A stretch of DNA of 64,000 nt from Patescibacteria group bacterium (GTDB lineage: Bacteria; Patescibacteriota; Patescibacteriia; Magasanikbacterales; GWA2-37-8): contig JBAZKA010000001.1 in NCBI GenBank assembly GCA_041651015.1, positions 141,158 to 205,157 of the forward strand. The letters are read 5' to 3'. The notes under the pieces are model-generated. The model was not told the origin of the DNA. It saw only the letters and a list, made by a program, of their open reading frames with translations, and ran no database searches. Made by a program: the position numbers and the translations under genes. Each line of letters starts with the position of its first letter. The first letter of the stretch is position 1. Shown here in pieces: positions 20,358 to 31,010 of this stretch.

Positions 20358-20890
20358 AAAAATTATTATTGCATACTTGTTGTGCCCCGTGTAGTATTGC
20401 GATAATTGACGAGCTGAAAGACAAGTATAATTTGTCAGTATTTTTTTTCAATCCGAACATTTATCCCGCGGATGAGTATCTCAAACGCAAGGCCGAAGTG
20501 GAAAAGGTTTGCGGAGAATGGGATATACCGATTATTGACGCGGACTATGAAAGCGATTTGTGGGATTCGGCTGTCATTGGTTTGGAAAATGAACCGGAAA
20601 TGGGGAACAGATGCCCGGTTTGCATTGGCTTGCGTTTGCGCCGGACCGCCGAATATGCCTCGCAAAATGATTTTGATATATTCGCCACCAGTTTAACCAG
20701 CGGGCGTAATAAAAAAGCCGAGGTAATTCATCCGATCGGCTTAAAACTGGCTCAAGAATTTGGCGTCGATTTTTTGGATATTGACTGGAAGACCGGAGGC
20801 AGGCAAGAACGAGGAACGAAAATGATAACGGACAGGGGAATATATAGACAAAAATATTGCGGATGCAAGTATTCGCGAAATGTCAAATGA
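20354..20890 (+). CDS. queH: epoxyqueuosine reductase QueH (DUF208)
   Basis: LLLHTCCAPCS N-terminal cysteine motif plus CPVC and CGC motifs characteristic of QueH. Confidence 0.7.
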   Translation: MKKLLLHTCCAPCSIAIIDELKDKYNLSVFFFNPNIYPADEYLKRKAEVEKVCGEWDIPIIDADYESDLWDSAVIGLENEPEMGNRCPVCIGLRLRRTAEYASQNDFDIFATSLTSGRNKKAEVIHPIGLKLAQEFGVDFLDIDWKTGGRQERGTKMITDRGIYRQKYCGCKYSRNVK

Positions 20891-20953
20891 CAAATATCCA
20901 ATTTCCAATCAATCCGCCGACCGGCGGACAAAACCCAAATTTACGGTGTTTTG

Positions 20954-21409
20954 TTATTTGGATTTTGTCATTGATTTGACATTTGACATTGGAAATTTGA
21001 CATTATAAAACTCAATGACTCGGCCGTTTTTTGTGTGTTCGATGTGTATTTTTACACATCGTTTGTTTTTTATTATTGTGGATAGCTTTTCTGGCCATTC
21101 AATCACGCAAATTGCATCCGGCTTGCCCAAATAATCCTCAATTCCAATGTCAATTAATTCCTGCTCGTCTTTCAGGCGGTATGTATCCACGTGAACCAAT
21201 TTTATCGGCTTAACATCGTATACGTTCATCAGCGCAAAAGTCGGACTGGTGATTTTTTTCTTAACGCCAAAAAATTCGGCTATTCCTTTGACAAAAGTCG
21301 TCTTGCCGGCGCCGAGTTCGCCATAAAGCAAAACAATATCTCCGCCGTGAAGCGTAGCGGCGAATTCTTTGCCGGCTTTGATTGTCTGCGATTCGGTTTT
21401 GAGAAGCAT
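20954..21409 (-). CDS. tsaE: tRNA threonylcarbamoyladenosine biosynthesis ATPase TsaE
   Basis: GELGAGKTTFVKGIA P-loop and SPTFALMNVY motif. ATG at 21409 gives 151 aa; the ORF track extends to a GTG at 21484. The C-terminal tail …NVKFPMSNVKSMTKSK is encoded by the repeat element. Confidence 0.7.
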   Translation of the reverse strand: MLLKTESQTIKAGKEFAATLHGGDIVLLYGELGAGKTTFVKGIAEFFGVKKKITSPTFALMNVYDVKPIKLVHVDTYRLKDEQELIDIGIEDYLGKPDAICVIEWPEKLSTIIKNKRCVKIHIEHTKNGRVIEFYNVKFPMSNVKSMTKSK

Positions 21410-21521
21410 ATCAGATATTTTAACTTCAAAACGATAAAATATCAAGTGTTTGACAAAAACCCCGATATTCTCTAAAATTAACACAGCTCACAATTAAATT
21501 AAACCATAAAAAAGCATATTT

Positions 21522-23582
21522 ATGCGTAATAAATTAGAATGGGCGGTAAAAATATTAATTCTTGCCACCTTTTTTGTACCGCTTATTGTTTTATCCGGCT
21601 CGTTTATTTTTCCTTTCATCGTACCAAAAATCGTTGTCTTCAGGTCGTTAATTGAGATTGCCCTCGGCTCGTACATCCTGCTTCTAATTATTAATTGGAA
21701 GGAATACAAACCGGATTTGTCGCCAATGACAATCGCGGTTTTGGCTTTTTATATTTTCAGCTTTGGCATGTCCACGGTCCTGGGCGTGGATCAATATCAT
21801 AGTTTTTGGGACAATCATGAACGCATGCTTGGCTTATTTACCATTGTCCATTATGTAATATATTATTTTCTTTTATCCAAATTTTTTAAAAATTGGACTG
21901 AGTGGAAGTGGGTGATGCGTATTTTCTTGTTTGCCGGTTTCATCGTCATGTTTATTGCCGTGTTGCAAATCGGCAGTCCGAACATGCTGTTGAATCAAGG
22001 TTCAAGTCGTGTGGCCAGTACTTTGGGCAATCCGATTTATGTTGGCGGGTACGGTATGTTTTTGTCTTTCTTATCCGCGCTTTTAATATTAAAAGATAAA
22101 AATAAAATTTGGCGCGGCATTTATGCGGCGTTGTTTGTTTTTGCCATCTTAGGCATGTTTTTTAGCGGCACGCGCGGTGTCATGCTAGGACTGGTCGTCG
22201 GTACCGGTGTCACGCTTTTAATTTACGCGATTGCTTTGCGCGGCTATGCCAAAACAAGAATTGTAATCGGCTCGGCGATGGTGTTGTTGGTTGTGATAGT
22301 GGGTATTTTATATGTGAATCGTCAGACAACATTTGTGCAAAATATTCCGGCGGTTGGACGCGCTATCAACACATCTTTGTCTGACATAATGGCCAGCCCG
22401 CGTTGGGTGGCATGGGAAATTGCTTGGCAAAGTTTTCTGCAAAAACCGGTTTTTGGTTGGGGGCCAAACAATTATTTTTACGCTTTTAACGAACACTACA
22501 ATCCAAAGTCGTTGAATTTCGGTTATGGAGAAACTTGGTTTGATAACGCGCATAATATCGTCATGAATACGCTGGCGGTTCAAGGCGGTGTCGGTATTAT
22601 TACATATTTTGGTTTGTTCGCGGTAGGGATTTATGCGCTCATACGTGGCTATCGCCGTCGCGATGTGGATATTCACCTGTTGGCAATCGGTAGCGGATTT
22701 TTGGCAGCGCACTTTATCGCCAACGTCACTGTGTTTGAAAATATTACTTCATATTTGTATTTTATATTTTGGCTGGCGATGATCAACAAACTCGCCTCAT
22801 ATCGGAGTGAAGCGTCCGCCCAGACTGTCGTGGTCAAGAATCCTGATAGAAAAATCGGCTGGGTGGCAATTACCATTACGGTGTTTGTCGCTGTTGGTTC
22901 AATTTACGTGTTTAACATCAAACCGGCCAAAGCCAATATCGGCGCGCTCGCTACTATCAAAGCGCTTTCCAGCGACCCGGTACTGGGTTTGTCAAAAATG
23001 AACGAAGCCTTCGCCTATGTCTCGCCGCATATTGATGATATTCGCACTGATGTGAGCCGGACGGCCATGCAGTTGGTTTATAATTATGGTACGCAGATAG
23101 ATCAAAATCTGATGAAAAATATTATTAACGCGGCCTATGATGCTATGAGCGCGAACGTTAAATTACATCCGCTGGACATTCGCAACCAAATTTTGATTTC
23201 GCAGATCGCCCAGTTGAAAGCCTATGCTGATCAAGATCAGTTGATGTATGGGGAAGCGGTAGGTTATTTGGAATCAGCCATTAAAATTTCTCCCAAGCGC
23301 CAGCAATTGTATTACACTCTAGCCATGATGTATGCTCAAGCCGGACAGTATGATACTGCTATCTCACTTTTAAAGGAGACGGTTGAGTTTAATTCCAACA
23401 TTGGTGAAAGTTATTGGCGCATGGCTTACGTATATTTGATGGAAAATAAAAAAGATAAAGCCGACGAAATATTAGCGATAGGAGAGAAAAATAAGGCCAC
23501 ATTTTCAGATAGCGACAAGGCTACGATTAATCAGATTTACGCTTCCTTTGCTTCGTCCACAGTCGCTACGTCCACAAAATAA
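21522..23582 (+). CDS. O-antigen ligase (Wzy_C)-like polytopic membrane protein with C-terminal TPR repeats
   Basis: 686 aa, ≥10 TM helices, then a soluble TPR-like C-terminus (…[23 protein letters not shown]…). Confidence 0.55.
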   Translation: MRNKLEWAVKILILATFFVPLIVLSGSFIFPFIVPKIVVFRSLIEIALGSYILLLIINWKEYKPDLSPMTIAVLAFYIFSFGMSTVLGVDQYHSFWDNHERMLGLFTIVHYVIYYFLLSKFFKNWTEWKWVMRIFLFAGFIVMFIAVLQIGSPNMLLNQGSSRVASTLGNPIYVGGYGMFLSFLSALLILKDKNKIWRGIYAALFVFAILGMFFSGTRGVMLGLVVGTGVTLLIYAIALRGYAKTRIVIGSAMVLLVVIVGILYVNRQTTFVQNIPAVGRAINTSLSDIMASPRWVAWEIAWQSFLQKPVFGWGPNNYFYAFNEHYNPKSLNFGYGETWFDNAHNIVMNTLAVQGGVGIITYFGLFAVGIYALIRGYRRRDVDIHLLAIGSGFLAAHFIANVTVFENITSYLYFIFWLAMINKLASYRSEASAQTVVVKNPDRKIGWVAITITVFVAVGSIYVFNIKPAKANIGALATIKALSSDPVLGLSKMNEAFAYVSPHIDDIRTDVSRTAMQLVYNYGTQIDQNLMKNIINAAYDAMSANVKLHPLDIRNQILISQIAQLKAYADQDQLMYGEAVGYLESAIKISPKRQQLYYTLAMMYAQAGQYDTAISLLKETVEFNSNIGESYWRMAYVYLMENKKDKADEILAIGEKNKATFSDSDKATINQIYASFASSTVATSTK

Positions 23583-23598
23583 TATAAATCTTATAATT

Positions 23599-24654
23599 AT
23601 GAAAAAAGCGCTTATCACTGGCATTACCGGCCAAGACGGTTCATATTTGGCTGAATTCTTATTGTCAAAAGGGTATGAAGTGCATGGATTGGTTCGTCGG
23701 TCAAGTACATTTAACACGTCTCGAATCGACCACCTATACCAAGATCCGCATATAAACGGGGTGAGATTATTTGTCCATTACGGTGATTTAACAGACGGAA
23801 GCAATATTGCACGCTTGCTGGAAAAGATCATGCCGGATGAAATATATAATTTAGGCGCTCAAAGTCACGTTAGAATCAGTTTTGAAATTCCAGAATATAC
23901 GGCCAATGCCGATGGATTGGGTGTGCTGAGATTGCTCGAAACGATTAGAGACGAAAAAATAAATGTTAAATTGTATCAAGCCGGGTCGTCTGAAATGTTC
24001 GGTAAGGTTTTAGAAACCCCACAACGAGAGACAACTCCATTTTATCCGAGAAGTCCTTATGCTTGCGCAAAAGTTTTTGCGCATAATATTTGTGTAAATT
24101 ACAGAGAGTCATACGGCATGTTTATTTGCAATGGTATATTGTTCAATCACGAATCGCCTCGTCGTGGTAAAAATTTTGTTACTAAAAAAATTACTCTGGC
24201 GTTCGCTAACATGAAATTAGGCAAGCAGGATAAATTATATTTGGGAAATTTGGATGCTAAGCGCGATTGGGGTTATGCGAAGGAGTATGTGGAAGCAATG
24301 TGGTTAATGCTTCAACAAGACAAACCCGATGATTATGTAATCGCCACGGGCGAGACACATAGCGTGCGGGAGTTTATTGAATTGGTGGCCGAACTTACGG
24401 GATACAAAATCAGATGGGAAGGGTCTGGATTAATGGAAAAGGGAATTGATGTTAAAACCGGAAAAGTAATTATTGAACTTGATCCCGGATATTTCAGACC
24501 GGCGGAAGTTGATTTATTATTGGGTGACGCTTTGAAAGCAAAGAAATTATTAAATTGGGAGCCTAAAACAAAATTCAAAGAGCTGGTAAAGTTAATGTTA
24601 GAAGCGGATTTTTGCGATATGAATTTGAACCCCAAAGATTATATAAATAGTTGA
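23599..24654 (+). CDS. gmd: GDP-mannose 4,6-dehydratase
   Basis: [36 protein letters not shown]… is a near-canonical Gmd N-terminus with the SDR catalytic region. Confidence 0.85.
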   Translation: MKKALITGITGQDGSYLAEFLLSKGYEVHGLVRRSSTFNTSRIDHLYQDPHINGVRLFVHYGDLTDGSNIARLLEKIMPDEIYNLGAQSHVRISFEIPEYTANADGLGVLRLLETIRDEKINVKLYQAGSSEMFGKVLETPQRETTPFYPRSPYACAKVFAHNICVNYRESYGMFICNGILFNHESPRRGKNFVTKKITLAFANMKLGKQDKLYLGNLDAKRDWGYAKEYVEAMWLMLQQDKPDDYVIATGETHSVREFIELVAELTGYKIRWEGSGLMEKGIDVKTGKVIIELDPGYFRPAEVDLLLGDALKAKKLLNWEPKTKFKELVKLMLEADFCDMNLNPKDYINS

Positions 24655-24657
24655 AAT

Positions 24658-25635
24658 ATGGATAAGAATTCAAAAATTTATGTGGCCGGTCATGCCGGTA
24701 TGGTTGGTTCAGCGTTAGTTAGGGCCCTCATTGCCAATGGTTACAACAATATAGTGTTCAGAACCCATAAAGAGTTGGATTTGACCGATCAGCGGGCGGT
24801 GGTAGATTTTTTTACCGCGGAAAAACCCGAATATGTTTTTTTGGCTGCGGCTAAAGTGGGCGGAATTATGTCTAATAATACATATCCGGCAAATTTTATT
24901 TATGAAAATATAATGATAGGTTCAAATGTAATCCATCAGTCGTATTTGAACAATGTTAAAAAATTATTGTTTTTAGGATCGTCGTGTATTTATCCGAAGT
25001 TCAGTCCCCAACCGATCAAAGAGGAGCATTTACTCACAGGTTTGATTGAGCCCACGAACGAACCATATGCCTTGGCTAAAATATCCGGAATTAAGATGTG
25101 CCAAAGTTATAATAGACAATATGGTACAAATTTTATCGCGGTTATGCCGACAAGTTTGTATGGTCTTAATGATAATTTTGATTTGAACAATTCACATATT
25201 ATTCCCGCTTTAATTAGAAAATTTCACGAAGCAAAAGTAAAAGGCAACAGTCAAGTAACAGCTTGGGGAACCGGTAGCCCGCGCAGAGAATTTTTATTTG
25301 TTGATGACATGGCCGACGGTTGTATTTTTTTGATGAATAATTTTAATCCGACTAAAGAACAGAATGAAAAAGGTGAAATTTTTGTAAACCTTGGACTTGG
25401 GGATGATTTAGAAATTAAAACATTGACCGAGATGATAAAAGATGTGGTTGGTTATAAAGGAGAAATTATTTGGGATACAACAAAACCTGACGGTGCTCCA
25501 AGAAAATTGTTAGACGTGGATCGGATGGAAAAAATGGGGTGGAGATATAAAACTAATTTAAAAACAGGATTGAGTATTGTGTATGAATGGTACTTGGCAA
25601 ATGTAGATAAAATAGCATCTGCCCAGGCCGTTTGA
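24658..25635 (+). CDS. fcl: GDP-L-fucose synthase (GDP-4-keto-6-deoxymannose 3,5-epimerase/4-reductase)
   Basis: KIYVAGHAGMVGSALVR Rossmann motif; directly follows gmd. Confidence 0.8.
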   Translation: MDKNSKIYVAGHAGMVGSALVRALIANGYNNIVFRTHKELDLTDQRAVVDFFTAEKPEYVFLAAAKVGGIMSNNTYPANFIYENIMIGSNVIHQSYLNNVKKLLFLGSSCIYPKFSPQPIKEEHLLTGLIEPTNEPYALAKISGIKMCQSYNRQYGTNFIAVMPTSLYGLNDNFDLNNSHIIPALIRKFHEAKVKGNSQVTAWGTGSPRREFLFVDDMADGCIFLMNNFNPTKEQNEKGEIFVNLGLGDDLEIKTLTEMIKDVVGYKGEIIWDTTKPDGAPRKLLDVDRMEKMGWRYKTNLKTGLSIVYEWYLANVDKIASAQAV

Positions 25636-25694
25636 CACCCAATGACACCTCGTGATATACTTTAATGGTAATATTCTGAAAGTAATTTATAAAT

Positions 25695-25940
25695 ATGCCA
25701 GAAATTAAGGCAAACGAAGTTTATACTCCGGTTGAAATCGAACAACTATTAAAAGTAAGTAAGAGTACGGTAAAAAGGATGCTCAAGGGTGGTTTAATTA
25801 AAGCAAATAAGATTGGGAAACAGTACAGGATTTTAGGGCATGAATTACTAAAAATTTTGTCGCCGGAAATTGACGCGAAAGCCACAATTTTGTATCAGAA
25901 AGTCAAAAAATCAACTTCGGAGAAAACCAAAAATTGGTAG
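25695..25940 (+). CDS. helix-turn-helix (excisionase/HTH_17-type) DNA-binding protein
   Basis: 81 aa; EIEQLLKVSKSTVKRMLKGGLIKANKIGKQYRI matches the HTH_17 pattern. Confidence 0.5.
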   Translation: MPEIKANEVYTPVEIEQLLKVSKSTVKRMLKGGLIKANKIGKQYRILGHELLKILSPEIDAKATILYQKVKKSTSEKTKNW

Positions 25941-25950
25941 TTTTTTGTTT

Positions 25951-26769
25951 ATGGAAATAATAATTAGACCAAAAAATAAATGGTGGCAACTTAACTGGCG
26001 TGAAATTTGGTTTTTCCGCGATTTGTTTTATTTTTTGTCTTGGCGTGATATAAAAGTTAAATATAAACAAACCATCATCGGTGCGTTATGGGCAGTATTT
26101 CAACCATTTACCACCATGGTGGTGTTTACTATTTTTTTTGGTAAATTCGCTAAAATGCCATCAGACGGCGTACCATATCCTATTTTCGTTTATGCGGGAT
26201 TAGTTTTTTGGACATTATTTTCTTCAAGTCTGTCGCATGTTAGTAATACATTTATGGAGAATGAACGAATAATCACCAAAGTATATTTCCCGAGAATTAT
26301 TCTTCCAGCTTCGTCTATTATTACTAACGTTGTTGATTGTTTGATTGCAAGCTTGATATTATTTGGGATGATGATTTATTATCATTTTGACATATCAATT
26401 TTGGGACTGACGATTTTCCCGGTTTTAATTACTATGACCGTATTTTCCACGTTGGGAATCGGATTATTTTTTAGCGCTCTGAACGTTAAATATCGCGATG
26501 TGCGTTTTGTACTTCCTTTTTTTATTCAGATATTATTGTTTGTTACCCCGGTCATTTATCCTGTAAGCATTGTTAGCGAAAAATATAGATGGATACTTGG
26601 CCTGAATCCCATGTCCGGTGTTATAGAAACAGCAAGGGTTGTTATTTTGGGCGTTGGCCAAGTTAATTGGCAGCTCCTATCAATGTCCGTTGCCAGTATG
26701 GCGGTGTATTGTATATTAGGTTATTTATATTTCAAAAAAGTAGAAAGATATTTTGCGGATGTTATATGA
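25951..26769 (+). CDS. wzm: ABC-2 type polysaccharide export permease (Wzm/TagG-like)
   Basis: 6 TM helices; ABC-2 signature region (…DIKVKYKQTIIGALWAVFQPF…). ATG 25951 chosen over the track's upstream alternative start. Confidence 0.75.
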   Translation: MEIIIRPKNKWWQLNWREIWFFRDLFYFLSWRDIKVKYKQTIIGALWAVFQPFTTMVVFTIFFGKFAKMPSDGVPYPIFVYAGLVFWTLFSSSLSHVSNTFMENERIITKVYFPRIILPASSIITNVVDCLIASLILFGMMIYYHFDISILGLTIFPVLITMTVFSTLGIGLFFSALNVKYRDVRFVLPFFIQILLFVTPVIYPVSIVSEKYRWILGLNPMSGVIETARVVILGVGQVNWQLLSMSVASMAVYCILGYLYFKKVERYFADVI

Positions 26770-28043
26770 GTTCAATCATTGAAGTAAAAAATTTAAGTAA
26801 AAAATATACTATTGGCGATCGTCAAGGTTATGTTGCGTTACGAGACGTCATGATGAATATAATAAAATCGCCATTAAGTTGGTTTGGTAATAAAGTTAAA
26901 TTAGCCGTTACTCACAACAAATATAATGAATTCTGGGCATTAAAAAATGTAAGTTTTTCAGTGGAAAAAGGCGAAGTGCTTGGAATTATAGGTAGAAATG
27001 GCGCTGGTAAAAGCACTCTTCTGAAAATATTATCCCAAATCACACCCCCAACCGGCGGAGAAGTAAGATTGGGTGGACGCGTGGGAAGTCTTCTTGAAGT
27101 CGGAACAGGTTTTCACCCCGAATTGACGGGTCGAGAAAATATATATTTGAACGGTGCGATTCTTGGTATGAAAAAAAAAGAAATTAAAGCAAAGTTCAAT
27201 GAAATTGTGAAATTTGCCGAAATAGAAAAGTTTCTTGACACACCGGTTAAAAGATATTCTTCCGGAATGTATGTTCGTTTGGCTTTTGCGGTAGCGGCTC
27301 ATTTGGAACCGGAGGTTTTAATTATTGATGAAGTTTTGGCGGTCGGTGATGCTGATTTTCAAAGAAAATGTTTAGGTAAGATGAGCGACATTACAAAAAA
27401 AGACGGACGAACGGTTTTGTTTGTAAGCCACAATTTAGACGCGGTAGAAAGGTTGTGTTCCAGAACGATGTTGATCAACGATGGCGAAGTGGTCTCTATC
27501 GGTGAGACAAAAGAAATAATTGCATTATACAAATCAAAAGTTAGTAGTTTAACAGTAAAAGAGATGATATTGCCGCCGCGAGATAATACTATTGTTGTTT
27601 TTGAGAAGATCAGTATGAATACTGATGATGCGGTAGATGTTTCGGACGGTTTTGAAATCGGTCAAAAAATTAGAATCAAATTAGAATTTAATATCAAAGA
27701 AAGCGCAAAAGATATCGAGATTTCATTTAAATTGAGGAACTCGCATGAGGTAGACATTATGTTTTCCAGTCTGTCCGATAGCTGTGGCTTTAAATTTTAT
27801 GAGTTTCAACCGGGCAAATATTCCGCGGAAATAGAGATACCCAACAATTTTTTAATGCCCGGACTATACCACATAGATCTCTTTGCAACACGTCCCGGTT
27901 TCGCAGGTATAGATGCACAGAAAGACGTTATTTGTTTCCGTGTTTTTTCTAGGAATACAATCAAAGAAATTAATTACGGAATGGGTTGCGTTGTAAGTAA
28001 TGCTACTTGGAGCGTAACTCCGCTTGGTAGAAAAACATCGTAA
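26766..28043 (+). CDS. wzt: ABC transporter ATP-binding protein (Wzt/TagH-like) with C-terminal glycan-binding extension
   Basis: ATGA overlap with wzm. GRNGAGKST Walker A, LSGG-like YSSGM signature, DEVLAVGD Walker B. ~170-aa C-terminal extension, as in Wzt carbohydrate-binding domains. Confidence 0.75.
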   Translation: MSSIIEVKNLSKKYTIGDRQGYVALRDVMMNIIKSPLSWFGNKVKLAVTHNKYNEFWALKNVSFSVEKGEVLGIIGRNGAGKSTLLKILSQITPPTGGEVRLGGRVGSLLEVGTGFHPELTGRENIYLNGAILGMKKKEIKAKFNEIVKFAEIEKFLDTPVKRYSSGMYVRLAFAVAAHLEPEVLIIDEVLAVGDADFQRKCLGKMSDITKKDGRTVLFVSHNLDAVERLCSRTMLINDGEVVSIGETKEIIALYKSKVSSLTVKEMILPPRDNTIVVFEKISMNTDDAVDVSDGFEIGQKIRIKLEFNIKESAKDIEISFKLRNSHEVDIMFSSLSDSCGFKFYEFQPGKYSAEIEIPNNFLMPGLYHIDLFATRPGFAGIDAQKDVICFRVFSRNTIKEINYGMGCVVSNATWSVTPLGRKTS

Positions 28044-28049
28044 GATGAT

Positions 28050-29360
28050 ATGATAAATATTATGGATGATCAAAATAATTCCAAACCCAAAATACTGTTT
28101 ATTTTAGATAAGTGGTGCGCGGGAAATATTAATTTTGGAGTTTCTGCATGGGAAACAAATTTTTGGCAATCATTAGACACTGTCGGTCTGGCTGAGTTTG
28201 ATCTTTTTCATTTTGATGAATATTTTCGCGTAAACGGGAAAAAAGGAGATGAAGCGGTTTTGAAAAAAATCGACGAATTTAAGCCACAATTAATTTGTTT
28301 GGTTCTTTATAGAATGCCCGGATCGGCAAATAATGTGCCGACATTTGAGACGTTGGAAAAAATAAAAAATGTAAGAAAAATTCCGATGTTTACGATTTGG
28401 GGTGATCTGGAGATTATTGATCAGGTAAAAATTTCAGAAAGCATTGATAGGTTTGTTGATTTTCATATTTTTACCGCCTTAAGTTCAGTATTTAATAGTT
28501 TGCGTTTCAAGGATAAATACGCATATTTTTGGGTGCCGAAAGATCCCCGTTATTTTTTTAACGATAACCGAAATAGAGATATTGATATCAGTTATGTTGG
28601 TTCCCCTAAACCGGATAGACTGAATAGGTTGAATTGGCTTGTGAAAAACGGAATAGACGTAAAGTTCACCGGCGGTGAAAGGGAAGTCCATTTATCAACT
28701 GAAGCCTACAGTGATTTGTTTAGACGGTCAAAAATATCGCTGAGCTTTTCCAGGTCACGCTATCATGTTATCAACGCCAGGCCTTTTGAAGTGACTTTGT
28801 GCGGCTCGCTTTTATTGGAACAAGAGAGTATTGAAACTGTAAAACTTTTCACACCCTTTATTGATTATGTTCCTTTTTCCTCAAACAAGGATTTGCTGGA
28901 AAAATGTCAATACTACATAAACCATGACGATGCTCGAAATTTGATTGCTAATTCTGGTCACAATAAATCCGTTCAGTTTTATTCGGCGCGTAGATTTTGG
29001 GATATTGTTTTTAAAAAAGCCGGTCTTTTTACATGCGCAAATGGCGAAACCAATGAAAAGGAATATATCTGTTGCGGTAGTGACAATGCGATACTAGATA
29101 ATTGGGGGAAGACGACTCTTGTGTTAAAAGATGATTATGTGAAATTAGTACCAAAAAAATGGCGGTTTAAGTATAAAATTTTAGAATTTATAGCGTCAAA
29201 AAAAGCGTTGTATCGTATATATGGTAATGTAAGCTATATCTTTGATGGTTATGCTTTTCGTTTTAAACTCGCACTCATGATTTATAAGTTTATCAAACGC
29301 GTTTGTCCTGCTAATTCAGTCGCTCGCTTGGATAAATTAAAAAAATATTTTTATATATGA
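28050..29360 (+). CDS. hypothetical protein, possibly CgeB/DUF3880-like glycosyltransferase-associated
   Basis: 436 aa; the weak C-terminal resemblance to CgeB-family GT1-like proteins is an impression, not a motif match. Confidence 0.25.
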   Translation: MINIMDDQNNSKPKILFILDKWCAGNINFGVSAWETNFWQSLDTVGLAEFDLFHFDEYFRVNGKKGDEAVLKKIDEFKPQLICLVLYRMPGSANNVPTFETLEKIKNVRKIPMFTIWGDLEIIDQVKISESIDRFVDFHIFTALSSVFNSLRFKDKYAYFWVPKDPRYFFNDNRNRDIDISYVGSPKPDRLNRLNWLVKNGIDVKFTGGEREVHLSTEAYSDLFRRSKISLSFSRSRYHVINARPFEVTLCGSLLLEQESIETVKLFTPFIDYVPFSSNKDLLEKCQYYINHDDARNLIANSGHNKSVQFYSARRFWDIVFKKAGLFTCANGETNEKEYICCGSDNAILDNWGKTTLVLKDDYVKLVPKKWRFKYKILEFIASKKALYRIYGNVSYIFDGYAFRFKLALMIYKFIKRVCPANSVARLDKLKKYFYI

Positions 29361-30118
29361 AAAATCTTCGAGAGTTGGTAATTACAACTTGTTTTAAATC
29401 TCGCGAAGGTCACATACCTAGTGCCCTGTCGATATTGGATATATTGTGGGTCTTATATAATAAGGTTGCGAAAAATTTCCCTGATAACCCTGTAAATCCG
29501 GATAGAGATATAATCATCGTTAGCAAGGGTCACGCCTCATTGGGGTTGTACGCAATTTTGTCCGATAGGGGGTTTTTCCCTGTAGAACTGTTATCTGAGT
29601 TTGGTAAATATAATAGTATTTTAGGCGGGCATCCTGATTGCAATAAAGTACCGGGCGTTGAGGCATCAACGGGTTCCTTGGGACACGGTTTACCAATAGC
29701 GGTTGGTTTCGCTCTAGGTTATAAAATTAAGAAAACAGATAATAGAGTTTTTGCCATTATCGGCGACGGCGAATCAAACGAAGGCTCAATTTGGGAGGCC
29801 ATCTTACTTGCCGCTCATCATAAACTGGATAATCTTTGTTGTATCGTGGATAACAATCATTCAACCGACAGAGCATTGCCAATGGGGGATATGGTAAAGA
29901 AATTTGAATCATTTGGCTGGGATGCTGTTGCGATTGACGGGCATAACCACAATGAAATTTTAAATGCATTGTTGAAAAGGACGTCTGGCAAACCGTTGGC
30001 GGTTATCGCTAATACCATAAAGGGATACGGCTGTAAAATTATTGAGAATGATCCTGCCTGGCATCACAAAATTCCAAGCGACGCTGAATATGAAATATTA
30101 ATAAATAATTTATATTAA
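29357..30118 (+). CDS. transketolase-family TPP enzyme, N-terminal (PP) subunit
   Basis: 253 aa; GHASLG, GSLGHGLPIAVG and IGDGESNEGSIWEA TPP-binding motifs; ATGA overlap upstream. Confidence 0.7.
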   Translation: MKNLRELVITTCFKSREGHIPSALSILDILWVLYNKVAKNFPDNPVNPDRDIIIVSKGHASLGLYAILSDRGFFPVELLSEFGKYNSILGGHPDCNKVPGVEASTGSLGHGLPIAVGFALGYKIKKTDNRVFAIIGDGESNEGSIWEAILLAAHHKLDNLCCIVDNNHSTDRALPMGDMVKKFESFGWDAVAIDGHNHNEILNALLKRTSGKPLAVIANTIKGYGCKIIENDPAWHHKIPSDAEYEILINNLY

Positions 30119-30121
30119 TAT

Positions 30122-31000
30122 ATGCGAAAACAGTTAGTGGCAACCGTGGAAAGAATTTTAAATAGCGACGACAAGGCGGTGTTGCTTTTGGGCGATATTG
30201 GAGTTTTTGGTTTTAGGAATGTAATACAAAATTTACCAGACAGGGCATACAACATTGGTATTTTAGAACAATCCACCATTGGATTGGCCGCCGGTTTAGC
30301 GAAATCTGGTTTTATCCCCATTATTCATACAATTGCTCCGTTCTTAATTGAACGAAGTTTAGAACAATTAAAATTGGATTTTGGCTATCAAGCTCTGGGC
30401 GGAAACTTTATCAGTGTGGGAGCGTCTTACGATTATGCAGCTTTAGGCTGCACTCATCATTGCCCCGGTGATGTTGGCGAGTTAAAAAATATTCCCGGAA
30501 TGGAAATTGTATTGCCTGGCACAAAAGACGAATTTGATAGATTATTTTCCGCAGCGTATGATAATGGTCATCCGACATATTTTCGTTTGAGTGAAGACGC
30601 GAACAATGAATCATATCTTACTGAATTTGGCAAGGCTGTTGTCGTCAAGAAAGGTAAATTAGCGACTGTGATTGCCGTTGGTACAATGCTGCAAAACGTT
30701 GTTGATGCCGCTGTCGATTTGGACGTGACAATATTGTACTACAATACCGTATCGCCATTTGACTCAGCGGCATTATTGGAAAATTTTTCATCAAAAATAT
30801 TATTATGCGAACCGTATTACGAGGGTGGCTTGGTCGGCGATATTTTAAAAGCGGTTTGTCCGAATCATTGCGTTATTGATCAACTTGGCGTGCCTCATAA
30901 TTTTTTGAGAACTTATGGCACGGCCAATGAGCATAGTCGTTTACTGGGATTTACCCCGGACGCTATTAGAAATAGAATTAATAAATTAATTTCCGCGTGA
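30122..31000 (+). CDS. transketolase-family TPP enzyme, C-terminal (Pyr) subunit
   Basis: 292 aa; pyrimidine-binding domain pattern (…GASYDYAALGCTHHCPGD…) immediately after the N-subunit gene. Confidence 0.65.
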   Translation: MRKQLVATVERILNSDDKAVLLLGDIGVFGFRNVIQNLPDRAYNIGILEQSTIGLAAGLAKSGFIPIIHTIAPFLIERSLEQLKLDFGYQALGGNFISVGASYDYAALGCTHHCPGDVGELKNIPGMEIVLPGTKDEFDRLFSAAYDNGHPTYFRLSEDANNESYLTEFGKAVVVKKGKLATVIAVGTMLQNVVDAAVDLDVTILYYNTVSPFDSAALLENFSSKILLCEPYYEGGLVGDILKAVCPNHCVIDQLGVPHNFLRTYGTANEHSRLLGFTPDAIRNRINKLISA

Positions 31001-31010
31001 CGAAATCGTT

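Noticed and set aside
20961-21001. Three TTGACA hexamers in the repeat element read as stacked -35 boxes
   Set aside because: Spacing to any -10 is wrong (15 nt or none), and they lie inside the tsaE coding 3' end; more parsimoniously part of the AATGTCAAAT repeat.
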